Below the pieces are notes generated by a model. It saw only the letters and a program-made list of their open reading frames with translations. It did no database searches and was not told the origin of the DNA. The position numbers and the translations under genes are program-made. This document shows positions 1 to 15,505 of a stretch of DNA of 24,462 nt, one piece after another. The stretch is from a virus (taxonomy: Duplodnaviria > Caudoviricetes), in IMG/VR virus record IMGVR_UViG_3300012663_001151, positions 1 to 24,462 of that record; one strand, written 5' to 3'. Positions within the stretch are counted from its first letter, which is position 1; each line of letters starts with the position of its first letter.

Positions 1-191
1 CCTATTTCTCCTTGAGTAGCAGTGCCTTTTATAAATTTTCCATCTGCTGCAGAATACCTAGTCCAACCAGTTAGACCAGGATCTGCGGCACTATTATACA
101 TTATAAGAGCACCTTGAGGAATATGCCAGTAACCTGGCACCACATCGGGGGTACGAAACCCCTTTGTGATTAATGATGATATTCTAGGCAT
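1..191 (-). CDS. Partial (3'-truncated) tail-fibre-associated protein with a tail-collar-like N-terminal motif; candidate fibre tip/adhesin
   Basis: Not in the ORF track. ATG at 191-189, 2 nt after the TAA of the 2455-aa fibre, open to the window edge: MPRISSLITKGFRTPDVVPGYWHIPQGALIMYNSAADPGLTGWTRYSAADGKFIKGTATQGEI. IPxGxxIMY...P..GW...GxFIxG resembles the phage tail-collar motif. Confidence 0.8.
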   Translation of the reverse strand, partial: MPRISSLITKGFRTPDVVPGYWHIPQGALIMYNSAADPGLTGWTRYSAADGKFIKGTATQGEI

Positions 192-193
192 TT

Positions 194-7561
<7,368 letters not shown>

Positions 7562-8488
7562 TTAGATCTCCTCTATGTCAATACTGGTACTGTAGATTTC
7601 AAAAATAGGGTGTGTTATATCAGAAAGTTGTGATAATTTTCCATAAATCTGATGTGCTTGTTCTTTTTCGTAATCTTCTGAGTTATTTGGAAATAAACTT
7701 ATAAATAAAGGTCTTGGTAAACCGTTACCTCTTAATATTCTTGTAAACTCTAGTCTATCTTCTGGAGGTAGCCAGGTTAGATCAAATCTCATGTTACGAT
7801 ATCTAATACCTCTATTTGTGATTAGGTCACCTGATTCACTACGTTGGTGCTGACTCAAATCCTGACTACCTGTTGATAGTCCAAAAGAAGTATTATATTT
7901 TGGGGACCAATAAGATCCAGTAATAATTCTTGATACTTCTATATAGGGATTACTGCACTCAGTATCCTCTATCTCAATTAATAAACTAGTACATGCTAAT
8001 TGTGCAGGCATCCATACTCTACCGTAAGTACCTCCACCATATGAGTAACTATTTACTCCCAAAGGTAAACTACCCCAATTCCATAAACCAAACGTTTGGT
8101 AGGGGCATGAAAATATTTTTGTACTGTCGTGTACTAAAGTTCCAGTAGTTGAAGCAGTTGGAGAATTTGTAGCTGCTCCTGTTGTTGGTGCTGTACCTGT
8201 ATATCCACGAACTCTAATTTTTGCAGCAGATGATAAATTACAGAAAGGTAACATTACTCCACCAATAATAGCACTACTAAATGTTAGCACTATATTTGCT
8301 CTTGTAGTGTATAAACCTGTGCCATTTGGTGTTCCAGTAGAGGCGGATCTCCATACCTGAGATTTAGAATCTAACTTTAAATTACTTACAGGGGTAGCAG
8401 TACCTGATGCAGTGCTAGATGCCGTTATAACGGTTGTAGATAGATCTACAATGTTATTGTAGACTATTCTAAGATTATTCGATGCCAT
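7562..8488 (-). CDS. Tail-tip structural protein, probably distal-tail (Dit)-like with an N-terminal beta-sandwich
   Basis: 308 aa; SD GAGGA upstream. The C-terminal half (RSESGDLITNRGIRYRNMRFDLTWLP...PLFISLFP...IYGKL...IDIEEI) has the pattern of Dit/tail-tube-fold proteins. ITASS...NL..D...VWRS at the N-terminus resembles a discoidin/F5/8-type start. Fold call is by eye. Confidence 0.6.
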   Translation of the reverse strand: MASNNLRIVYNNIVDLSTTVITASSTASGTATPVSNLKLDSKSQVWRSASTGTPNGTGLYTTRANIVLTFSSAIIGGVMLPFCNLSSAAKIRVRGYTGTAPTTGAATNSPTASTTGTLVHDSTKIFSCPYQTFGLWNWGSLPLGVNSYSYGGGTYGRVWMPAQLACTSLLIEIEDTECSNPYIEVSRIITGSYWSPKYNTSFGLSTGSQDLSQHQRSESGDLITNRGIRYRNMRFDLTWLPPEDRLEFTRILRGNGLPRPLFISLFPNNSEDYEKEQAHQIYGKLSQLSDITHPIFEIYSTSIDIEEI

Positions 8489-8515
8489 TTTATTCCTCTA
8501 TAAATTTTAGGAAAG

Positions 8516-9142
8516 CTATGTAGAAATTTCTATATTTCTATCGTTACATTCAGCAGTCCAATACTCATTCCAGTTTGATAAACTATTTTGTTTATCATAA
8601 CAATAATTCTTTATTTTCAACCACTGTTTAGTAGTGTTATTGAAAGTTATGCAGTAATAGTTTGAATATATACCAACTGCTAAAGTTTTTTCTGTGAAGG
8701 CTTCTACACTTGCGTGATCTGTACATGAAAAGTATATATCTATATAGTTAGAATAATCTTCATCACCTGGCTGCCCGTATATATTTAGTAAATATCCTTT
8801 AGCTAATGCTTTAGAATTATTTGGTAACTCAAATTCAGAAGTCATATCGGTTAAAAGTGTATATACTTTTTCATAAATATGTAACTTATTTAATAAATAT
8901 TTTCGACTCACTTTAATAGGGTCTAGATGGTCTAAATATGGGCTAGGTACTTTGTATATAGCCGATACTACTTCATCATCTAAAATGCTATTGTACATTG
9001 GTTCACTAACTAGTTCCCATTTAGTAGAATCTAAATTACTATACTTAGATTCTACTATTAGTGCTATTTCTTTAAATCTTTGTGTACCGGTTAAGTAATA
9101 CTTTACTAAACCTTCTGAAGTTTCTACTGATAAATAATTCAT
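8516..9142 (-). CDS. Hypothetical protein (208 aa, Tyr-rich, AT-rich gene)
   Basis: Clean ORF, ATGA overlap with the upstream 75-aa gene, fills the gap in the operon. No motif recognised. Confidence 0.8.
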   Translation of the reverse strand: MNYLSVETSEGLVKYYLTGTQRFKEIALIVESKYSNLDSTKWELVSEPMYNSILDDEVVSAIYKVPSPYLDHLDPIKVSRKYLLNKLHIYEKVYTLLTDMTSEFELPNNSKALAKGYLLNIYGQPGDEDYSNYIDIYFSCTDHASVEAFTEKTLAVGIYSNYYCITFNNTTKQWLKIKNYCYDKQNSLSNWNEYWTAECNDRNIEIST

Positions 9143-9366
9143 GACTTAATCCATCCACATCGTATTAAATAATTAAGTAAATATGTATCTATATCTTCAT
9201 CGTATGGAACTAATACACTGGAAACTGCTATATTGGTTAATGGTCCTTTATATTCTCTATTTTCTACATAAGATCTAACTGATATATTATAATGTACTAG
9301 AGTTCCAAAGTTTGGTTCATCTTTGGTTGCTAAAATATTAAAAGGTTTAATCATACAATTCGCCAT
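9139..9366 (-). CDS. Hypothetical small protein (71-75 aa)
   Basis: Overlaps both neighbours. The true start may be the second Met at 9354 (ATGATTAA overlap with the upstream stop). No signal peptide or lipobox seen. Confidence 0.72.
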   Translation of the reverse strand: MANCMIKPFNILATKDEPNFGTLVHYNISVRSYVENREYKGPLTNIAVSSVLVPYDEDIDTYLLNYLIRCGWIKS

Positions 9367-10264
9367 CAGAAATTATAAAAGATACTGGATTCATATTTAT
9401 TGAAGAATTTTCAAAAGGCCATGTGCCACCTGTTCTACTATTTCCACCTACCCCAATACCTAAAAACGTACTTTCTTTTTTATAGGTCCAATTACATGAG
9501 TAATCTACGGCAATCCAACCATTAGTTATATTAAGAGTAGAACCAGAAGGTGATATAGATATTCCACCTCTGCAAAATACCCAGTAATTGCTAGTTCTAA
9601 CATACGTTTGTTTAACAAAGAATCCAGTTTTTGAAACCATAGTTACTGTGAACTGTTTTTGAGCTTGAGATACTGATTGATAATTTACTATAGGTTTTAC
9701 TAAAGACGATACTCCACTTACAGTTGAGCTAGTAGTAGCGTTTGGTATAAGGTAAGGACTAGCATCAGTTTTGCACTCCGATGCATCTAATGCATTTGGT
9801 GGTGGTATGCTCGTAATTGGATCATATGGTTGAGTTACTGATCCTCCTGCTCTTACAATTAAAGGTCTTAGTCTAGAATCGTAAGTTACGCCAGATGTTT
9901 CATTTAATACTCTCATACCCCAAGAATTTATAGGCTTAATTTGACCGTTAGCTTCTGTAAATACATAGACTTCTGGCTTTACATCACTACTACCAGATTT
10001 AATTATCTCTATTTCCCAAGTATCTGCTGCCACTATAGTTATACGTAAAATTGCATAACTTTCTGAAGTAGGTGTAGTAAAAAAAGGAATAGGTGTTGTT
10101 ATAGAAACTATTCTATAACTCCAGCGTCTAATACCTCCATAACTATTTGTACTTTGTAAAGTTTGATAGTATGTTGCCTTACCAAGAAAGTGTAAATTTT
10201 TAGTTTTACTTGATATTAGTACTTGACTATTGCCATTAGTGGCTAGAAATCCATAGGTTGTCAT
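9347..10264 (-). CDS. Tail-tip protein of the type encoded downstream of gpJ-like genes; candidate receptor-binding protein
   Basis: 305 aa; ATGA overlap with the upstream gene. Two related half-motifs, YGFLATNGNSQVLISS and YVF...WGMRVLNETSGVTYDSRLRPL, resemble proteins that follow gpJ-type fibres in proteobacterial siphophages. Confidence 0.65.
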   Translation of the reverse strand: MTTYGFLATNGNSQVLISSKTKNLHFLGKATYYQTLQSTNSYGGIRRWSYRIVSITTPIPFFTTPTSESYAILRITIVAADTWEIEIIKSGSSDVKPEVYVFTEANGQIKPINSWGMRVLNETSGVTYDSRLRPLIVRAGGSVTQPYDPITSIPPPNALDASECKTDASPYLIPNATTSSTVSGVSSLVKPIVNYQSVSQAQKQFTVTMVSKTGFFVKQTYVRTSNYWVFCRGGISISPSGSTLNITNGWIAVDYSCNWTYKKESTFLGIGVGGNSRTGGTWPFENSSINMNPVSFIISDGELYD

Positions 10265-12006
10265 CGCATCATTACCGTTATATAGGCATCCACATTTGCA
10301 CCTGTTAAGTTTACAGAACCACTAGAACTAGTGGTGGTTATTGTATTTGCATAGTAAGGTTTATTAAAATCTGGAGTACCAACTAATATTTGAGTAACTA
10401 ACATTTCTTTGTTTACACATGAGGCATAAGTTTTTGATATGTTAGTATTTGCTAATTTATAAAAATTATCTACTTGATTCCAAGTTATATCAGTAGTACT
10501 GAATTGTATAGTACTATTAGCATCAAAACCTTTAAACATCCAATATTGAATATCGCGTTCTGATGGCTCTACTGGTCCAGATAAATTTTTAGAGAAGGCA
10601 GCTATTACACTTGCTCTACTAGCTCTTGGCGGTGTAGTACTAGGTGAAAAATTACTTGTATAAATAGATTTTCCATTTACTAGTCTTGGGCTAGATATAT
10701 AGCCCTGGAAATAAAGAGCTGAAGTCCTTCTTTCGTGTACTCCCAAATAATACGATTGATCTATATAATTTGGTTTAAATATAGTAGGAGAGATAGTTCT
10801 TGTACCCCTCTCTGTTCCATCTATAAATAATCGTAATGTAGTACCAGTTAAACTAACGGCAACATGAGTCCATGTATATACAGGTGCAGTGGTAGTTCCT
10901 GAGTCTGTGAAACTAGTTGAGGCTTGTTCAGTTATATATGTGAAATTAAATTCTGTTGGATAGGTAGTTGAAAGAACATTACCCTCATCATCATAAGTAC
11001 TAACATATGTTGCTTTAAATCCATTAGGATTACCGTCTTCATCTAAATCTCCTCCCATAAAGCGAGGAGTCACATTTATAATTTGATTTCCATAATCTAA
11101 AGAAGTTACAACCATATCGCCAACTGCTCCATAAGCTGCTGGAGGAGTAATTTTAGTACCTACAACCATTCCTGTTGGTGGAAATGTTCCATTAACTCGA
11201 AGAGAGTATCCAGACCAGTAATGTGTAACAAATGTGTTAGTAGTTGCGGTAATGGTTTCTGCAATTAACTGTATGACCCCACTAGTGGGGTTTTGTACTA
11301 CTTGCCATGATCCGGATCCGTAATCTCCTGAGCCTATAATACCTCCGCCAAATCTAGCAGGATAAATCCAGGCTTCCGCACACCAGTTGGTGTTTTTAGG
11401 AATTATAAAGTCACCACCCCATATTTGAGTATATGAAGTAGTTCCGTTATAAGCTACTGTACCAAGATATTTAGTCCTAGGAAATAGTGTATAAAATGTT
11501 TCGTCTCTGGGTAATGGGTCTACACATAAAATTGATGTATTTCCAGTAACATCTTCAGTTATAGTACCATTATCTATTCCTAATAGGAATGTGGTTTTAT
11601 TTCTTCCTGATGTATCTTGCGTAGACTGTGATGGTGTTCCGTTTTGATTAGCTTCTTGTTTTAAGGTTAATGGAGAAATAATTGTTGTTTGAAATGCTCT
11701 ATCTGCGATAACTTTATCACGGTGGGTAGTGTTATTATTATATAGATCAGCGTAGTGTGTAGTAAACGTACTTAAACCACTAATCATCCAGCCTCGTATT
11801 TCTGAATTAGGGGGCAATAGTGGAGTAATAGTACTGGATTGGAAAGCATTTACTACTTGCGCTCTAGTTGCAGATATTCCTGTATTATCCGCAATTTGAT
11901 TATTAGTATTTTGAGTTGCTAGGGAAGGATTAACGGCATTTTGAGATGCTATCCAATCATCTAACCCTGTAGTACTACCTTTAAAAAATGCTAATCCATA
12001 CGCCAT
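10261..12006 (-). CDS. Tail-tip protein with a LamG/concanavalin-A-like lectin domain
   Basis: 581 aa; SD AAGGA. LamG signature: NGTTSY...WCAEAWIYP...WTHVAVS..GTTLRLFIDG...YFQGYIS..RLV.G..IYTSNFSP. MAYGL start typical of small post-gpJ proteins. Confidence 0.8.
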   Translation of the reverse strand: MAYGLAFFKGSTTGLDDWIASQNAVNPSLATQNTNNQIADNTGISATRAQVVNAFQSSTITPLLPPNSEIRGWMISGLSTFTTHYADLYNNNTTHRDKVIADRAFQTTIISPLTLKQEANQNGTPSQSTQDTSGRNKTTFLLGIDNGTITEDVTGNTSILCVDPLPRDETFYTLFPRTKYLGTVAYNGTTSYTQIWGGDFIIPKNTNWCAEAWIYPARFGGGIIGSGDYGSGSWQVVQNPTSGVIQLIAETITATTNTFVTHYWSGYSLRVNGTFPPTGMVVGTKITPPAAYGAVGDMVVTSLDYGNQIINVTPRFMGGDLDEDGNPNGFKATYVSTYDDEGNVLSTTYPTEFNFTYITEQASTSFTDSGTTTAPVYTWTHVAVSLTGTTLRLFIDGTERGTRTISPTIFKPNYIDQSYYLGVHERRTSALYFQGYISSPRLVNGKSIYTSNFSPSTTPPRASRASVIAAFSKNLSGPVEPSERDIQYWMFKGFDANSTIQFSTTDITWNQVDNFYKLANTNISKTYASCVNKEMLVTQILVGTPDFNKPYYANTITTTSSSGSVNLTGANVDAYITVMMR

Positions 12007-12019
12007 ACTATTCCTTTAA

Positions 12020-15000
12020 TTACGTATCAAGATTCCCTAGTTGAACTCTTAAAGCTCCTGAAGTGTCAAAAACTTTTATATTATCGTTGGAAATCTCCAT
12101 TCTAGCAGTGCCTAGACCTTTAATCTTTACATTACCACTATTATCTACAGTAAATTTTCCACTACCAATATTTAAAGCTCCTGCAGTAATATAACCAAGA
12201 TCAGCACTGAGTGCTGATAGATTACCTACTTTTAAGTTACTTAAATAAGGTGCTCTCCAAGTAGTTACTCCAGGAGCAGGTAATGGTTTATATGTACCAT
12301 CACATTGATACATAAATTGACCACTACTTAATACACTGGTAGCATTAAAAGACCAGGTACCATCGGCTGAAGTTGGTACTACATCTCCTGAGCCAGCTGT
12401 AGGAGTACTAGGCGGAACTGGAGAAGTAGTCACAATATAAGCTGTTCTAGCGGAGTCCCCTACTGAACCTATACTACCATCTACCCTATATCCGATTCTA
12501 TTAGTTTTTCCTGTAGCCCACGGAATATCATTTGTAACAGTATCAGTACTAGGTGCCGATATAGTAACTGTTACACTATGTAAAGTTTGCCCATTTCCAG
12601 TGGCTGCAGGAGCATCAGCATGATACCCTGGTGGATATATAGTAGACATTCCTGTACCTGGTGTAAGAACTCCGTTAGACCAATTATAGTTAAAAGTTCC
12701 TGTTAATGCTGGAGGTGTACTACTATTGCTCCAGCCAGAGGCTTGAATTATAGCAGTCTTAAATGTTGTACCATTATCTCCGTTTTTACCGTTTATTTGC
12801 TTAGTTATAGTTTGAATTTTAGATATACTAATATTGCCGCCACTTAATGATTTACCAGTAACTGTAAAAGTGATACTAGCTAAATCATTAGTTATATTGC
12901 TGGCTATTTGAGCAGATGCTGATACACCGCTAGCTACTATGGTACCTGGTGTAATACTTATTCCAGTTGCTGTAACTGTGTATGTACCATCTGAAGTACC
13001 TACTCCATTGTATACTAATTCATTTGCTCCATCAAATACTTGTATTATACTACCTGTATTAGCATATCCGCCACTGTTAGGTACTCCTAGATAATTACAA
13101 GATATTTGTGCAGAATCATTAGTAATATTCATTACTATTGAATTAGATCCCTTAAATACAATAGGTAACTCTTCATAATCTAATTGAAGAGTTTTGTTAG
13201 CTGTATTATACAGTCTGGCTGCGTATGAGTAGGCCCCTGCGTCATTAGGTATTGTACCTATTATACTATTAGCAGTAGCTAAACTTGCTTCTGATTGTAT
13301 ATAAGCTGTTGTTAAGTTACCTGTATTAGTTAAGTTTAAAGTTGCTCCACCAAGTGTAGTAGATAATGTAATTGATTTATCTGTGCTATTTATTGATTTA
13401 ACATAATACGTATTACCAACTGTTATTTGCGCTGGTAATCCTATACCAGAAAATATCACGGAAGCATTAACTGTTAGAGTACTAGTACCACTTAAAAATA
13501 TTGAGTTAGAATTTACATTTAGTACAATCAAAGTTGCACTAAATGTTACAAATCCTGTAATAGTTGGTGTTGCGTTGCCTACTGTCTGTTTACCAGTAAC
13601 TACTACTGTACTATGTGCGCCTTCTGTCGTAGCTTTATCCGCATTTTTAGTTATTACACGTGTTGATAAATCTAAGTAGTTAAATGTAGAGTCTGAGCCT
13701 GGATATGATTTATAAATACTTTGTATTTTAGAAATACTAAAAGCTGCACCGGTTTTACTTGTACCAGTTATAGTAAACGTAATAGTTGCCTGATCTACAG
13801 CTAAAGAGGATACATTTCCTGTTATGGCGTATAATCCACCAGTAACTCTACTTATAGTACCCGGAATAACTCCTGAAGACTGCGCAGTTACAGTATAGGT
13901 CCCTCTAGTAGTGCCTACAGTATTATAAGTTAATTCTTCTGCCCCTTCATATACTCGTATTGGTGTACCCGTTCCAATATATCCTCCAGATAACACAGTA
14001 CCTGAAAAGTTTACAGAAACTGGTGCTGAATCATTACTAATTGTAGCAGTGATAGCATTAGATCCATTAAATACTACAGGTACTCTTTGAGTGTCTAGTA
14101 ATATTGCTTGTGCATTGGTTCTATCTGCCCTATCATATAATTTAATTGTATATAGTTCATTTTGTGAAGTATTAGCTATATTTGTAGTATATCCATTAAC
14201 AGAAGCTGCAAAAGCTGTAGTAGCTTCTGTTTCTAGATCACCTGTTACTGTTAAAAATCCATATGTAACATAAGTACCACTACCTACTGTCTTTTTGCCA
14301 TATACTTTTATCTGTTCATGTACACCAGTTATAAATTTACTAGCTGTACTTTTAGTTATTACTGGAGCACTTAAATCTATAAAATAAACCAGCGCAGGCT
14401 CTCCGTCTACTCCGCTTGCTACTTTTGTTAAAGTAAGGGTTTTATAAGTGCCTTGAGTTTTAAATCCAGAAGCATCGTATACAGTAACTAGAAATGTTAC
14501 TGTTGCTGAATCTGCTGTTAGTGCTGTTATGCCAGCTAAACTCCATGAGTTTAAAGTAAAAGAAGTTGATCCTACTGTTCTGTCTGGAACACTTGCATCT
14601 ATACTAGTATCTGTAACAATTTCAACACTAAAACTATTAGGTGTAGATATTCCAACTAAATTTCCACCTGATGCACTATAAGCTAGTTGTGTACCAGATC
14701 TTAAAACTGTAATTGTGGTTCCAGTATCATTAAAATTATTTGGTATTCCTGCAGTATTAGTATTTACTGCGGAATTAGTTCTAGTAAGTTCAATATTTAT
14801 AGAGTCTGCATTGGCTTGTTCAAGGCTATAAGTTACTAAAGCATAACCATACGCTGTATCTATAAAATTTTCGCTTACAGCACATTTAAATTGTACAGAG
14901 GTAGCTTTTGTTTCTCCAACTATAGAGTTAACTGTTGCTGCGGTTATAGTTTTAGTATTACTATCAGTTACTGTACTAACTGATCCACCAACAGTTAGAA

Positions 15001-15505
15001 TTAAGTTATTAGTAATTAGGGATCCACCAAGGAAACCGCCAGATATAGTAATAGTGTCCCCAATTTTATAACCTACTCCGGGGTTAACGACTGTTACACT
15101 AATATTTCCTGCATATGTACTATTTGTATTTAATTTTGTAATTATAAATTTTGCACCACTACCTGTACCACTTGTAGTTAAAGGAACTAAATTAGTATAT
15201 GTTCCTGCTTTAGTAACACTTGTACCTGATCCTGCAAGTGTAGTAGTTCCTTGTATTAGCGCTCCATCAAAAGCCTTAAAGGTAGTGGGAGCAGTATTTA
15301 AAGCATAGCTCCAACTAAATGTTGCAGCAGGACTAAAAACAATATTAGGTGTGGCTGTTAAAGTTATACTACTAGGAGTAGTGGCTCCGCCATTTTTTAC
15401 AGTAATAAAGTTTGTATCACTTGCAGTTACAGTTACTAAGCTGGTCTTGTCTCTATAAGGTGCTCCTTGTAGAGCTAAGTCATTATCATTTAATAAAGTT
15501 GACAT
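12020..15505 (-). CDS. Central tail fibre/spike with repeated beta-rich domains and a gpJ-like C-terminus
   Basis: 1161 aa, Thr/Ser/Gly-rich; TAATG overlap with the upstream gene. Ends LSALSADLG.ITAG..NIGSGKFTVD..GNV...ARMEISNDNIKVFDTSGALRVQLGNL, the usual ending of gpJ-family central fibres. Confidence 0.78.
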   Translation of the reverse strand: MSTLLNDNDLALQGAPYRDKTSLVTVTASDTNFITVKNGGATTPSSITLTATPNIVFSPAATFSWSYALNTAPTTFKAFDGALIQGTTTLAGSGTSVTKAGTYTNLVPLTTSGTGSGAKFIITKLNTNSTYAGNISVTVVNPGVGYKIGDTITISGGFLGGSLITNNLILTVGGSVSTVTDSNTKTITAATVNSIVGETKATSVQFKCAVSENFIDTAYGYALVTYSLEQANADSINIELTRTNSAVNTNTAGIPNNFNDTGTTITVLRSGTQLAYSASGGNLVGISTPNSFSVEIVTDTSIDASVPDRTVGSTSFTLNSWSLAGITALTADSATVTFLVTVYDASGFKTQGTYKTLTLTKVASGVDGEPALVYFIDLSAPVITKSTASKFITGVHEQIKVYGKKTVGSGTYVTYGFLTVTGDLETEATTAFAASVNGYTTNIANTSQNELYTIKLYDRADRTNAQAILLDTQRVPVVFNGSNAITATISNDSAPVSVNFSGTVLSGGYIGTGTPIRVYEGAEELTYNTVGTTRGTYTVTAQSSGVIPGTISRVTGGLYAITGNVSSLAVDQATITFTITGTSKTGAAFSISKIQSIYKSYPGSDSTFNYLDLSTRVITKNADKATTEGAHSTVVVTGKQTVGNATPTITGFVTFSATLIVLNVNSNSIFLSGTSTLTVNASVIFSGIGLPAQITVGNTYYVKSINSTDKSITLSTTLGGATLNLTNTGNLTTAYIQSEASLATANSIIGTIPNDAGAYSYAARLYNTANKTLQLDYEELPIVFKGSNSIVMNITNDSAQISCNYLGVPNSGGYANTGSIIQVFDGANELVYNGVGTSDGTYTVTATGISITPGTIVASGVSASAQIASNITNDLASITFTVTGKSLSGGNISISKIQTITKQINGKNGDNGTTFKTAIIQASGWSNSSTPPALTGTFNYNWSNGVLTPGTGMSTIYPPGYHADAPAATGNGQTLHSVTVTISAPSTDTVTNDIPWATGKTNRIGYRVDGSIGSVGDSARTAYIVTTSPVPPSTPTAGSGDVVPTSADGTWSFNATSVLSSGQFMYQCDGTYKPLPAPGVTTWRAPYLSNLKVGNLSALSADLGYITAGALNIGSGKFTVDNSGNVKIKGLGTARMEISNDNIKVFDTSGALRVQLGNLDT

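Noticed and set aside
8489-8515. Possible hairpin (TTCCT...AGGAA) hiding the SD of the 308-aa gene
   Set aside because: Only a 5-bp stem in AT-rich sequence; chance level.
9372-9377. TATAAT on the minus strand upstream of the two orphan genes
   Set aside because: No plausible -35 at 16-18 nt and no extended -10 TG.
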